From: Acidimicrobiia bacterium
Lineage (GTDB): Bacteria; Actinomycetota; Acidimicrobiia; Spongiisociales; JAENVV01
DNA: 35,151 nt
NCBI GenBank assembly: GCA_041577335.1
Contig: JBFGJH010000034.1
Location: 1 to 35,151 of the forward strand
Direction: 5' to 3'
Part shown: piece by piece, positions 9,217 through 17,829 of the stretch
Layout of the letters: every line of letters starts with the position of its first letter
How positions within the stretch are numbered: position 1 is the stretch's first letter
The notes under the pieces: model-generated
What the model was told of the DNA's origin: nothing
The model's input: the letters and a program-made list of their open reading frames with translations, nothing else
Database searches by the model: none
Made by a program: the position numbers and the translations under genes

Positions 9217-10239
9217 CTAGGTGGTTTGTTGCATCTCCCGGTGCTCCACGGTTCCGTCGGCGTGAAGCGCGAACCGGCCCTCCGTTCGATCGTGAACAGG
9301 GCTGCGGGTCGACCAAGGCCAGCCCCCGAACTGGGTGCGGCGGTAGTCGTCGACCGCCTGCTGCAACTCCTCCGGCGTGTTCATCACAAAAGGGCCCAAC
9401 TGAAAGACAGGGGCTCCGATCGGCTCTCCTTGCAGAAGAAGGAATTCGGCAGGTTCACCGTGGTTGACGAAAGTCGTCTCGACATCCGCCCGGAGTCGGA
9501 CGCCGGTGCTCACGCCGACGCGGGCGGTGCCCACGGATACGTCGGATCCCTGGAAGCAGTGCACCATCCGATTCACACTGCCGGGCGACGTCGGAAGAGT
9601 CCACTGGGAGCCGTTGTCGAGGCGGATGAGCCAGATGCCGAAATGTGAGGTCGCCCGTGACGCCCACGAATCGGGGGGAGGGGCAGGGGGTGCGTGACCG
9701 TCAATCGCCCCCGCTATCACGTCCACGCTCACTCCTGGTGCGGGTTGGATTGTCGGTATGTCCTCGCTCCACAACATGCCGAAATAGGCGGGCACCATCT
9801 TCGATTCCGGCGGCAGATTGAGCCAGATCTGAAAGAGTTCCAGCGGGTTGTCGCCATCCGGCCGAAGGAGCGGAAACATCTCCGAATGCATGATCCCTGA
9901 CCCCGTGGTCAACCACTGCACGTCGCCGCCTCCGTATCGAGCAGTAGCACCGAGGGAGTCGGAGTGGTCCACATAACCGCGCCGAACGACCGTGACCGTC
10001 TCGAATCCGCGATGAGGATGCTGTGGGAATCCGGGTACCACGTCGCCGTGATACATCGACCAGCCGTCCTCGTAGGAGAAGTCCGATCCGATGTTGCGAC
10101 CCAGCAGAGATGCGACAGGCCCGAGATCGTCGTCGCCGGCCGGGTAGTGGTCAACGTGGTGAACGGTGAAGATGAATGGATCGAGTCCTTCCCAGGGGAA
10201 CCCCAGCGGGACGATCTCGAGGACAGGGTCAGTAGCCAT
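9217..10239 (-). CDS. Pirin family protein (bicupin)
   Basis: GFPQHPHRGFETVT, DHSDSLG, GDVQWLTTGSGIMHSE, FQIWLNLP, GPFVMNT. Confidence 0.95.
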   Translation of the reverse strand: MATDPVLEIVPLGFPWEGLDPFIFTVHHVDHYPAGDDDLGPVASLLGRNIGSDFSYEDGWSMYHGDVVPGFPQHPHRGFETVTVVRRGYVDHSDSLGATARYGGGDVQWLTTGSGIMHSEMFPLLRPDGDNPLELFQIWLNLPPESKMVPAYFGMLWSEDIPTIQPAPGVSVDVIAGAIDGHAPPAPPPDSWASRATSHFGIWLIRLDNGSQWTLPTSPGSVNRMVHCFQGSDVSVGTARVGVSTGVRLRADVETTFVNHGEPAEFLLLQGEPIGAPVFQLGPFVMNTPEELQQAVDDYRRTQFGGWPWSTRSPVHDRTEGRFALHADGTVEHREMQQTT

Positions 10240-10356
10240 GCCGGTAGGGTAGGCACCACCAGGTCGTAGCGGGAGCGAACCCATCTGTTCGGCCCCAGCC
10301 AGCCCCGGGGCGGCGCCAGGGTCCCTCAGGCAACTGCCCGATCGTGCCGACTTCTC

Positions 10357-10617
10357 CTACGCAGTCATCAGTTCGTGGTCCCTGGCATCGACTGTCCGGT
10401 AGGCGTCGATGGCAAACGCCACATTCATCACCAGGACACTGATGAACATGATGGTGTACAAGGTGGGCTCGGGATCGCGGATCCCAAACTCGACGTAGGT
10501 GAGACCAAGCACGCCGACGAGCCAGAGAACAGCCAGACCTCGTTTGACGCCTGCGATCAGGTAGCCGAGGCCGGGGAAGAAGAAGTTCGCGATCGCTGCG
10601 ATCCAGGGATTGTTCAT
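10357..10617 (-). CDS. Small 3-TM membrane protein
   Basis: GGAGG RBS; MNNPWIAAIANFFFPGLGYLIAG start (NP..AA...PGLG motif); divergent from the AraC regulator. Confidence 0.8.
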   Translation of the reverse strand: MNNPWIAAIANFFFPGLGYLIAGVKRGLAVLWLVGVLGLTYVEFGIRDPEPTLYTIMFISVLVMNVAFAIDAYRTVDARDHELMTA

Positions 10618-10667
10618 GATGGCCTCCGGTATTGACGTTGCGTGTTGGGAAGCGTACTGTGGGCTTG

Positions 10668-10714
10668 TGGACGTGTGAATAGTGAAATGTCCACTATTGG
10701 TATCGAAACGTCCA
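10668..10714. promoter_or_regulatory. Putative AraC-family binding sites
   Basis: Direct repeat gaaatgtcca (10684-10693) / gaaacgtcca (10705-10714) spaced 21 bp, plus an inverted tggacgt (10668-10674), in the divergent intergenic region. Confidence 0.5.
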
Positions 10715-10723
10715 AGGATCGCC

Positions 10724-11644
10724 ATGACTGATGCACTGGCTGATGTTCTCAGCTCGGTCCGTATGGAAGGGTCCGTCTTCTCGCGGGCCGCCCTGCAGGC
10801 GCCGTGGGGGGTGGAGGCGGGTGATATGTCCGCCGGCGTCTTCCATGCAGTCGTGAGCGGCGCCGCCTGGGTGCGTCTTGCTTCCGGCGGCCCGCCGGTG
10901 GCCTTGCAAGCAGGTGACGTCGTGATGATGCCCTTCGGCGACAACCACCTCATGACCGACGTACCGGAGACGCCCACGAGGCCGATTGCGGATCTCACCA
11001 CCGTCGACGGGCGCGGCATGGGCCATCTTGTCGTTGAGGGGAGTGGGCCGGCGACCTCTCTGATATGCGGCACGGTTGCCTTCGACGACCCTGACGCCCA
11101 TCCGGTCTTCTCTGTACTACCGCCACTCATTCATGCGCGTGACCACGACGGCCGGATGTCGGCTGTGGTGGAAACCATGATCGAGCTGATTGCCGCCGAG
11201 ATCGACGAGCCGATTCCGGGATCCGAGACGGTGGTGGCTCGCCTCACAGATGTCCTGGTCATCCTCGTCTTGCGGGACTTCATCCGTCAGCTTCCTCATG
11301 GCCACGGCGGGTGGTTGGGTGGTCTCGCCGACCCGGTCATCGCCGAAGCTCTCGGTCTGATTCATCGGAGCCCCGATCGAGCCTGGACCGCCCGAGACCT
11401 GGCCCAAGCAGTGGGGATGTCGCGGTCTGCGTTCTACGACCGTTTTCGCGCGGCTACCGGAAGCACCCCTGCCGACTACCTCACCCGTTGGCGCATTCAC
11501 CTGGGCGCCCGCCTGTTGCGTGAGGAAGGTCGCTCGGTTGCGTCTGCGGGACGGGCGGTCGGCTACCGAACGGAGGCGGCCTTCAGCAATGCGTTCCTGC
11601 GTGTGATGGGAGTCCGGCCGGGCGCCTATCGACAGGTCGCCTGA
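10724..11644 (+). CDS. AraC-family transcriptional regulator with N-terminal cupin (Cupin_6, RclR-like)
   Basis: DALADVL, APWG, FHAVVSG, LQAGDVVMMPFG, TSLICG, GWLGGLADP; C-terminal double HTH (GMSRSAF...VGYRTEAAFSNAF). Confidence 0.95.
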   Translation: MTDALADVLSSVRMEGSVFSRAALQAPWGVEAGDMSAGVFHAVVSGAAWVRLASGGPPVALQAGDVVMMPFGDNHLMTDVPETPTRPIADLTTVDGRGMGHLVVEGSGPATSLICGTVAFDDPDAHPVFSVLPPLIHARDHDGRMSAVVETMIELIAAEIDEPIPGSETVVARLTDVLVILVLRDFIRQLPHGHGGWLGGLADPVIAEALGLIHRSPDRAWTARDLAQAVGMSRSAFYDRFRAATGSTPADYLTRWRIHLGARLLREEGRSVASAGRAVGYRTEAAFSNAFLRVMGVRPGAYRQVA

Positions 11645-11715
11645 CATAGCCCGGCTGGGTGCTGCCCTCCTCGGAGCTGCCGATAGCCGACAAGACCGTG
11701 TTCTGGTGTGAGAAC

Positions 11716-14142
11716 ATGCGGCTTCGATCCAACCAGAGGACGATAGATTTGGCCGAGCAACGATCAGCTCAATCGGGCGTGCTGGCCCGCATCCCGCACT
11801 CCGGGTTCTTCGTATCCGCTCGCGATGAACCACGGGTGCGGCGCGCCGGTGACGCTGTGGTCGTCCTGCTTGGCATCTTGACGCTGTTCGTCGCCACCGT
11901 GCAGTCAGAGCGGAGCGGCCCATTCGATAGGGCAGTCGTCGACCTGGTCGACTCTCTGCCATCGTGGTCGCAAGACGCGTTTGCGATTGGCTACGGGTTG
12001 TCGGCCATCTATGCCCTCGGCGTCATCGGTGCCGCTCTGGTGGGCGGCCGCAAGCGCCTCTATGTCACGAGAGATCTTGTACTGGCTGCCGCTATCGCGG
12101 TGGGACTGGTACTGATTCTCGTGAGGTCGATCGAGGGAGAATGGCCCGTACTGCTTCCAGAGCTCGGCGGCGCCACGACGCCACAGATCCCGGTTGCGCG
12201 GGTGGCCACCGTCACGGCCGTTGTTGTCGCGGCGGCTCCTCACGTGCTGAGACCAATGCGACGGCTGGGATGGGCTGTGGTGTTCATCGTGGCGTTGTCA
12301 GGAATGGGTATCGGGTTGGCCGTGGCTACGGATGCGCTGGGCTCGGTGGGGTTGGGAATGGCGGCCGGAGGCGCTGTGATGTTGCTGTTCGGCTCTCCGG
12401 CGGCCTATCCGGACAGGGATCAGATCCTGGCCGAGCTGGCACAGCTGGGACTCCCTGTCACCGATATGGAGCCAATGGCCGACCAGCCATGGGGTGCCCG
12501 CCATCTGACAGCTCAGGACCTCGACGGCAATCGGCTGTTGCTTAAGGTGTATGGCCGCGACGCACGCGACGCCCAAGTGTTCTCGAAGATGTGGCGCTAC
12601 CTCTGGTATCGAGATACCGGCCCGTCCTTCACCCTCTCGAGGTTGCAGCAGGTCGAGCACGAGGCGCTGGTTTCCCTGCTCGCCGATCGGGCCGGCGTCG
12701 CCACGCCGGCAGTGCTCGTTGCGGCCAAAGCGGCCGACGACAGCGCCGTGCTCGTTGTAGAACGACGCGGCGAATGCCTTGCCGATATCGATCCATCAGC
12801 GGTCACAGACGAGGCGCTGATCGAGCTATGGAAAGCGGTAGGTGCACTACACGAGGCCTCGATCTCCCATGGCTCGCTCAACGTGGAGCATGTGTTCTTG
12901 GATTCGGGCTCCGCTGTTCTCGGCGATTTCCACAACGGATCCTTGTCAGCCGGCACGGACCGTACAGCCACTGACGTTGCCGAGCTGGCAGTCTCGCTCG
13001 CGGCCAGGGTGGGAGTGGAGCGTACGGTGCGTTCGGCGATAGCAGCTCTCGGCAATTCGGCGATGATCGCCGCCCTCCCTTATGTCCAGGTCGCCGCGAT
13101 CAGCCCCGCCACACGGAAGAGCGCCGGCGACGTGAAGGACGTCGTCAAGGCTCTGCAGGACGAGATATCTACGGCGACTGGAACGGAACTGCCCGAACCG
13201 GTGAAGCTGCGCAGGGTCAACGTCCGTGACCTGGTCTTCACGGGTCTCATGGTGTTCGCCGCCTATTTCTTGATCAAACAGATCGCCGGGCTGGACATCG
13301 CCCAGATCTGGGACTCCATGAAGACTGCCGAATGGGCGTGGGTGTTTGCCGCATTTATCGCCGCCCAAGTCTTGCTGGTCCCCAACGCGACCGGAATGAT
13401 GGCCGCGGTGAGCGCACCGATACCACTGAAACCGACGGTGATCCTCCAGTCCGCTATCCAGTTCATCGGTCTGGCTGTGCCGAGCGCGGCAGGCCGTATC
13501 GTCACCAATATCGCCTACTTGCGGAAGTTTGGCGTGTCTTCTGTGACGGCCCTCACGCAAGGTGCGCTCGACAGCTTCACTGGTTTCCTCACTCAGGCAA
13601 CCATCCTGGTGCTCGCCCTGGTGTTCGGCAATGTCACCTTTGGCGGGGGCGGCGATTTCAACCTCAACTGGGTGCTCATTCTCAGCCTGGTTGGCGCTGT
13701 CATATTGATCGGCTTCGTCGTGCTCTGGTTCGTGAAGTCGTTGCGAGAGAGGGTGCTTGCCCCCCTGCGCGAAGCCGGCAAGGCCTTATCGGGTCTGTTC
13801 AAACAACCGCAGCGGGCGATGGCGCTCTTTGGAAGCAACCTCGCCTCAAACGTCGTTCTCGGAATCGCTCTATGGCTCACCGTGGAGGCGTACGGCCAAT
13901 CGATCGGCCTCGCCACGGCGATCGTCATCGTTGTCGCAACACTGCTTCTGGGCGGCATGGCGCCGACGCCAGGTGGAGTCGGCGTCGCCGAGGCGACTCT
14001 CGCGGCAGGGATGGTGGCGGCTGGACTCTCCCAAGATGTGGCTTTTGCGGCGGCGATCACCTACCGTCTCGTCACATTCTTCCTGCCACCCATCTGGGGC
14101 TTCTTCAGCCTCAGGTGGCTCCAGCGAAACGACTTCGTGTAG
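11716..14142 (+). CDS. Large membrane protein: N-terminal TM region, central kinase-like domain, C-terminal lysylphosphatidylglycerol-synthase TM (UPF0104)/flippase-like domain
   Basis: LLKVYGRDARDAQ, QQVEHEAL, LHEASISHGSL in the kinase-like part; PTPGGVGVAE and YRLVTFFLP in the UPF0104-like part. Start uncertain (11716 ATG or 11749 TTG). Confidence 0.85.
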   Translation: MRLRSNQRTIDLAEQRSAQSGVLARIPHSGFFVSARDEPRVRRAGDAVVVLLGILTLFVATVQSERSGPFDRAVVDLVDSLPSWSQDAFAIGYGLSAIYALGVIGAALVGGRKRLYVTRDLVLAAAIAVGLVLILVRSIEGEWPVLLPELGGATTPQIPVARVATVTAVVVAAAPHVLRPMRRLGWAVVFIVALSGMGIGLAVATDALGSVGLGMAAGGAVMLLFGSPAAYPDRDQILAELAQLGLPVTDMEPMADQPWGARHLTAQDLDGNRLLLKVYGRDARDAQVFSKMWRYLWYRDTGPSFTLSRLQQVEHEALVSLLADRAGVATPAVLVAAKAADDSAVLVVERRGECLADIDPSAVTDEALIELWKAVGALHEASISHGSLNVEHVFLDSGSAVLGDFHNGSLSAGTDRTATDVAELAVSLAARVGVERTVRSAIAALGNSAMIAALPYVQVAAISPATRKSAGDVKDVVKALQDEISTATGTELPEPVKLRRVNVRDLVFTGLMVFAAYFLIKQIAGLDIAQIWDSMKTAEWAWVFAAFIAAQVLLVPNATGMMAAVSAPIPLKPTVILQSAIQFIGLAVPSAAGRIVTNIAYLRKFGVSSVTALTQGALDSFTGFLTQATILVLALVFGNVTFGGGGDFNLNWVLILSLVGAVILIGFVVLWFVKSLRERVLAPLREAGKALSGLFKQPQRAMALFGSNLASNVVLGIALWLTVEAYGQSIGLATAIVIVVATLLLGGMAPTPGGVGVAEATLAAGMVAAGLSQDVAFAAAITYRLVTFFLPPIWGFFSLRWLQRNDFV

Positions 14143-14144
14143 CG

Positions 14145-15797
14145 ATGACCGGACCGGAACAGCCAACAGCGGGGCAACCATCTGCCAGCAATGAGCCCGA
14201 CCGGTCCGACGCTCAGTTTGCCGACTACGACGGTCCGCTCACACCACCGCCCAACCTGCTCAGTGCGCCCTACCTGCTCACACCGGCGACGCTCCGAGGC
14301 GTGGCGGCCTTCATCGCCGGAATCGTCCTGTTGGCGCGGGATGCGTCGCCGAGCGCCTTTGCGTTCGCGGTCGGCGCAGTCGTCATCGTGTGGGCTCTGG
14401 CCGAGGTGCGTGAGTCGTGGAAAACGGCACGGCGCCGAAGGGCGCTCTTGCGATCGGCAGGCTTGGTCGTTCTAGGGGTGGTCATGATGGCCTGGCCTGC
14501 AGTGACGGCTGTGGCGTTGGGCCGGATCGTCGGTGGAGCGTTCGTCGTTGGCGCCGTTGTCCGTGCCTATCGGGCGATCAAGGGGACAGACGACGCAGCA
14601 AACCGTCCCTGGGGGCTGGTCGCATCGGTATTCATCCTTGCCGTAGGCCTCGCTGTCCTGGCTGTGCCCGAAACCATTCTCGAGCTCGTGCTCGCCATCC
14701 TGGCGGTGTACTTCGTCGTTTCGGGATTGGTAACGGTCATCACGAACCTCCATTCGGACGCAGACCATCAGATCACCCTGACCGAGACCTGGCCCGAGTT
14801 CTTCGAGTGGCTTCAGGGCCGCGCCCACACGGCCGACGACCGGCGTCAGCTGTACGACAAGCTTTTCTTCGAGGGTGAACAGGCCGCCAGGCGACTTTCT
14901 CGTTTCTTCATACTGATGGGTTTCGCCACCACGATCGCGGCGTACGGTGTGATCTCAGACTCGACGGCTGTCGTGATTGGTGCCATGTTGATTGCCCCAC
15001 TCATGACGCCACTCATGGCCACGTCGGTGTCGATGACCATGGGCTGGCCAAAGCGGGCAACGATGTCGGCGATCGTTGCCCTTGGCGGCATCCTGTTTGC
15101 AATAGGGCTTTCGGTCCTGTTTGGAGCGAGTCTTCCCTTCGATATCGACCCGGTCACGAACTCCCAGGTCGCCTCGCGAGTATCTCCGACGCTCGTCGAC
15201 TTGATCATCGCCATCGCCGCCGGCGGCGCGGGAGCGTTCGCGTTGTCGAGGCCGGACGTTTCCGATGCGCTGCCGGGGGTTGCCGTGGCCATCGCCCTGG
15301 TGCCTCCGCTGGCGGTTGTCGGATTGATGCTCTCCGAAGGACAGTTCGATGATGCGTTCGGGGCGCTCTTGCTGTTCACCACGAACCTCATCGCCATATT
15401 GTTGGTCGGCGGTGTGGTGTTCATCCTGACGGGCGTCGCGCCCGTCCGGCGTTTATCGCAGAACGCCCAGTGGGAGCGCACCGTGGTCACGCTGCTCGGC
15501 ATCGCCGCGTTGGTGGTGATTGCCCTGCTGAGCATCGCCGGCGAGAGCATTCGATCGCAGGCTTTCGACAAGACCGAAGTGGGCGCAGTCGTGGATGAAT
15601 GGCTCAGCGACAGTGAGCTTCGGGTCTTCTCCGTGTCGGTGGCACGCTCTGATGTCAGTGTGGTGGTCGTGGGGCCGCAGCGGCCACCATCGATCGACAC
15701 ACTTGGCAATGATTTGGCCGAGGCTCTCGGCAAGCCAGTCGACGTGGTGGTCGACTGGGTGCCCGAGGAACGTCTGACGTTTACCGCTGACGACTGA
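14145..15797 (+). CDS. DUF389/TIGR00341-family membrane protein with N-terminal HdeD/DUF308-like TM region
   Basis: DSTAVVIGAMLIAPLMTP, LIIAIAAGGAGA, LPGVAVAIALVPPL, LLFTTNL; ATG at 14145, 2 nt after the upstream stop. Confidence 0.9.
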   Translation: MTGPEQPTAGQPSASNEPDRSDAQFADYDGPLTPPPNLLSAPYLLTPATLRGVAAFIAGIVLLARDASPSAFAFAVGAVVIVWALAEVRESWKTARRRRALLRSAGLVVLGVVMMAWPAVTAVALGRIVGGAFVVGAVVRAYRAIKGTDDAANRPWGLVASVFILAVGLAVLAVPETILELVLAILAVYFVVSGLVTVITNLHSDADHQITLTETWPEFFEWLQGRAHTADDRRQLYDKLFFEGEQAARRLSRFFILMGFATTIAAYGVISDSTAVVIGAMLIAPLMTPLMATSVSMTMGWPKRATMSAIVALGGILFAIGLSVLFGASLPFDIDPVTNSQVASRVSPTLVDLIIAIAAGGAGAFALSRPDVSDALPGVAVAIALVPPLAVVGLMLSEGQFDDAFGALLLFTTNLIAILLVGGVVFILTGVAPVRRLSQNAQWERTVVTLLGIAALVVIALLSIAGESIRSQAFDKTEVGAVVDEWLSDSELRVFSVSVARSDVSVVVVGPQRPPSIDTLGNDLAEALGKPVDVVVDWVPEERLTFTADD

Positions 15798-15927
15798 TCT
15801 TCGCCGACTGTGCCCAGGCGGGCATCGCTTCGCCTGCCCCAGTCAATCGACTCAGTCCTTGCGCAACCGGCGCATGCCGCCATGGCTTCCGCTCATGCGG
15901 CGATCGATGGATCGGCGTGTTCGAGTC

Positions 15928-16842
15928 CTAGAGGAACACGCCATTCCTTTCGTACCCGAGTTCGGCGAAGAACCCCGAAGCGGTCAAGCTGCCGGTAGTG
16001 AAACTGAAGCCGGTCTCGCGACCTCCTCCAGTACCGCGAGCCGAAGCGTCGGAGAACTCGCCCAAGAACGCTCCGAAATCGTCTGGCGGCACGGTGTTGC
16101 CGAAGCCCCGCGTCACTGGTGCCGCCGTAGCTCTCCATCGCACATCGAGATCGATCTCCGCCGCAACCGAGACATTATTGGAGAAGAAGAAGGTATCCGG
16201 GATCGGGAGATCGTTCACCCGCAGCCTGGCCCCGCTTCCATCACCATTGACGGTGAACGAATCATCGGGGATTTCCATCGTCCAGAAGAGTCCGCTTTGC
16301 AAAATGCCGGGGTTGAAATCGTGGACCTGACCTGCTGCTCCCGCACCGGGAACAAAGAGATCGAATCAGAAGAAGCCGAAGGTCCCGTAATGGGTCCCGC
16401 CATCTTCTCCGATGTATTCGCCTTGCATCACCCGGAGATCGAGCTCGGTGTCGTACATCGCTCCGGTGGTGTCACGTGCTGATCCTGCCAGGACCGCGTA
16501 GGCGGTGAATCCGTGATAATCGGTGATCAAGCTGGGATCGACATCCAGGCCGAATCCGGGAAGGCCAAGAATCTGAGTCGCCGAACCTTCTGGCCCGGGC
16601 AGCAGCCAGTGGATGAAGCGAAATGGGTCGGGCGGCACAAACCCAGGTTCGGCCGTGTCGATTACCTGTGGGATGGGCTTGGGGGCGGGCTTACCGCCGA
16701 AATTGGAGGCCCCGTTGGTTGCCCCCACAGGTGCCGCCACGCCGACGGCAGCGACTGACCCGGCCGCTGCGGCGGCCCCGACACCAGTCAGAAAGGTCCT
16801 CCGATTCATGGAGAGATCGAAGGCGGATTCGCGTGCAGGCAC
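15928..16842 (-). CDS. Tat-exported protein with one in-frame UGA (16368-16366); candidate selenoprotein, 304 aa with Sec at residue 159
   Basis: ORFs 16366..16941 and 15928..16302 are in the same frame, separated only by TGA and 21 sense codons; Tat motif MNRRTFL; GAAAGGGG RBS before GTG 16842; SECIS-like hairpin right after the UGA. Confidence 0.7.
16323..16368 (-). promoter_or_regulatory. Bacterial SECIS-like stem-loop
   Basis: UGA UUC [GAUCU] CU [UUGUUCCC] GGUGC [GGGAGCAG] C [AGGUC]; the apical loop starts with G, 18 nt after the UGA. Confidence 0.6.
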
Positions 16843-17069
16843 TGCTGCCCCTTTCCACACGACTCCTGGCTCGACCATACAGCTCAGGCTTCCTGCTGTT
16901 AACCCCCCAATTTTGAGAAGTGCCGAGTGTGGGCCGATCAACTACGAATTGACCCCGTGTGATCAAATCTATGCCAAAAGGGCGGCAGGCATTTGGCGGA
17001 GGACATCGCTCACGAATCCTCCGTTGCATGAACGGTTTTCGTTCTCTGTGGCGGTTGGAGCGCCCCGAC

Positions 17070-17276
17070 TTAGTCCTCGAACTTGAAGGACACGGCCAAC
17101 TTCACTCGATACGACTCCACGGTGCCGTCGTCGGCAATCGTGAGGTCGAACTGGGTGGCTTCGCCAACCCGCAAATCGCGCAACGACCCGGATGCTTTGG
17201 CAATCGCGGCCGCGGCCGCGGCTTCCCATGAATCGGGGCTCGTACCGACGATTTCAATGACCTTGTACACCGACAT
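17070..17276 (-). CDS. Dodecin family flavin-binding protein
   Basis: MSVYKVIEIVGTSPDSWEAAA...SLRDLR...YRVKLAVSFK; GAGGAG RBS. Confidence 0.93.
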   Translation of the reverse strand: MSVYKVIEIVGTSPDSWEAAAAAAIAKASGSLRDLRVGEATQFDLTIADDGTVESYRVKLAVSFKFED

Positions 17277-17410
17277 GACCGCTCCTCTCAGCGCCTTTGG
17301 TCCAACCCTACGGGTCCTGGCAAGACTGCGGCCGTCAAAACGACGCCCATTTCCGTTTCCGGCGAGGCGGAAGCCCTCTCGGTCTGTTGCTGGAGCAAAA
17401 AGCCGAGCAT

Positions 17411-17666
17411 CTCCTCCTTCAGCGAACGCCGGGTTTGAGGGTTCGGCAGGGCGAAACTACTCCTCCTCCAGCGAGCGAACGCTGGGTTTGAGGGTTTCGG
17501 CAGGGTGAAACAACTCCGTTTCCCCCTCCGGGAGGCGAAGCCGACGTTGGCGGCGGAAGGGGCGGAGGCAACGACGTGAGGTCCCAGTTTCCTCCCCTCG
17601 CGACGCCGACGCTGGCGAGATCAAGAGTTTCCTCCTCTATGAGGCGAAGCCGACGTTGGGGCGAGA
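17411..17666. repeat. Intergenic cluster of degenerate direct repeats (2 x about 50 bp unit A; 3 x about 35-40 bp unit B)
   Basis: Unit A: agcgaacgcYgggtttgagggtt(t)cggcagggYgaaac within 17411-17459 and 17460-17513. Unit B: gtttcc..c..-gcgaMgccgacgYtgg at 17518, 17587 and 17627. Confidence 0.75.
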
Positions 17667-17829
17667 ACGCGCAGCGTTTTCGAGGGCAGTTGCTCCACGA
17701 CTGCACCGAGGTTTGGCGCCGGCGGAGCCGGCGGCGGCGTGTGGTCCCCGCCGATGAGCATGACACGGCTTTCACCCAACGAGCCGCGGCGGTTGGGGCC
17801 GTGGCCATTAGCATCTTGCGACTGTGGTC

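Noticed and set aside
13332..14144. 821-aa version of the DUF389 ORF
   Set aside because: The extension overlaps the upstream gene in another frame and reads as shadow sequence; ATG 14145 directly follows the upstream stop.
17411..17666. CRISPR array
   Set aside because: Repeats are degenerate, of two types, partly head-to-tail, and lack uniform unique spacers; no cas genes in the window.
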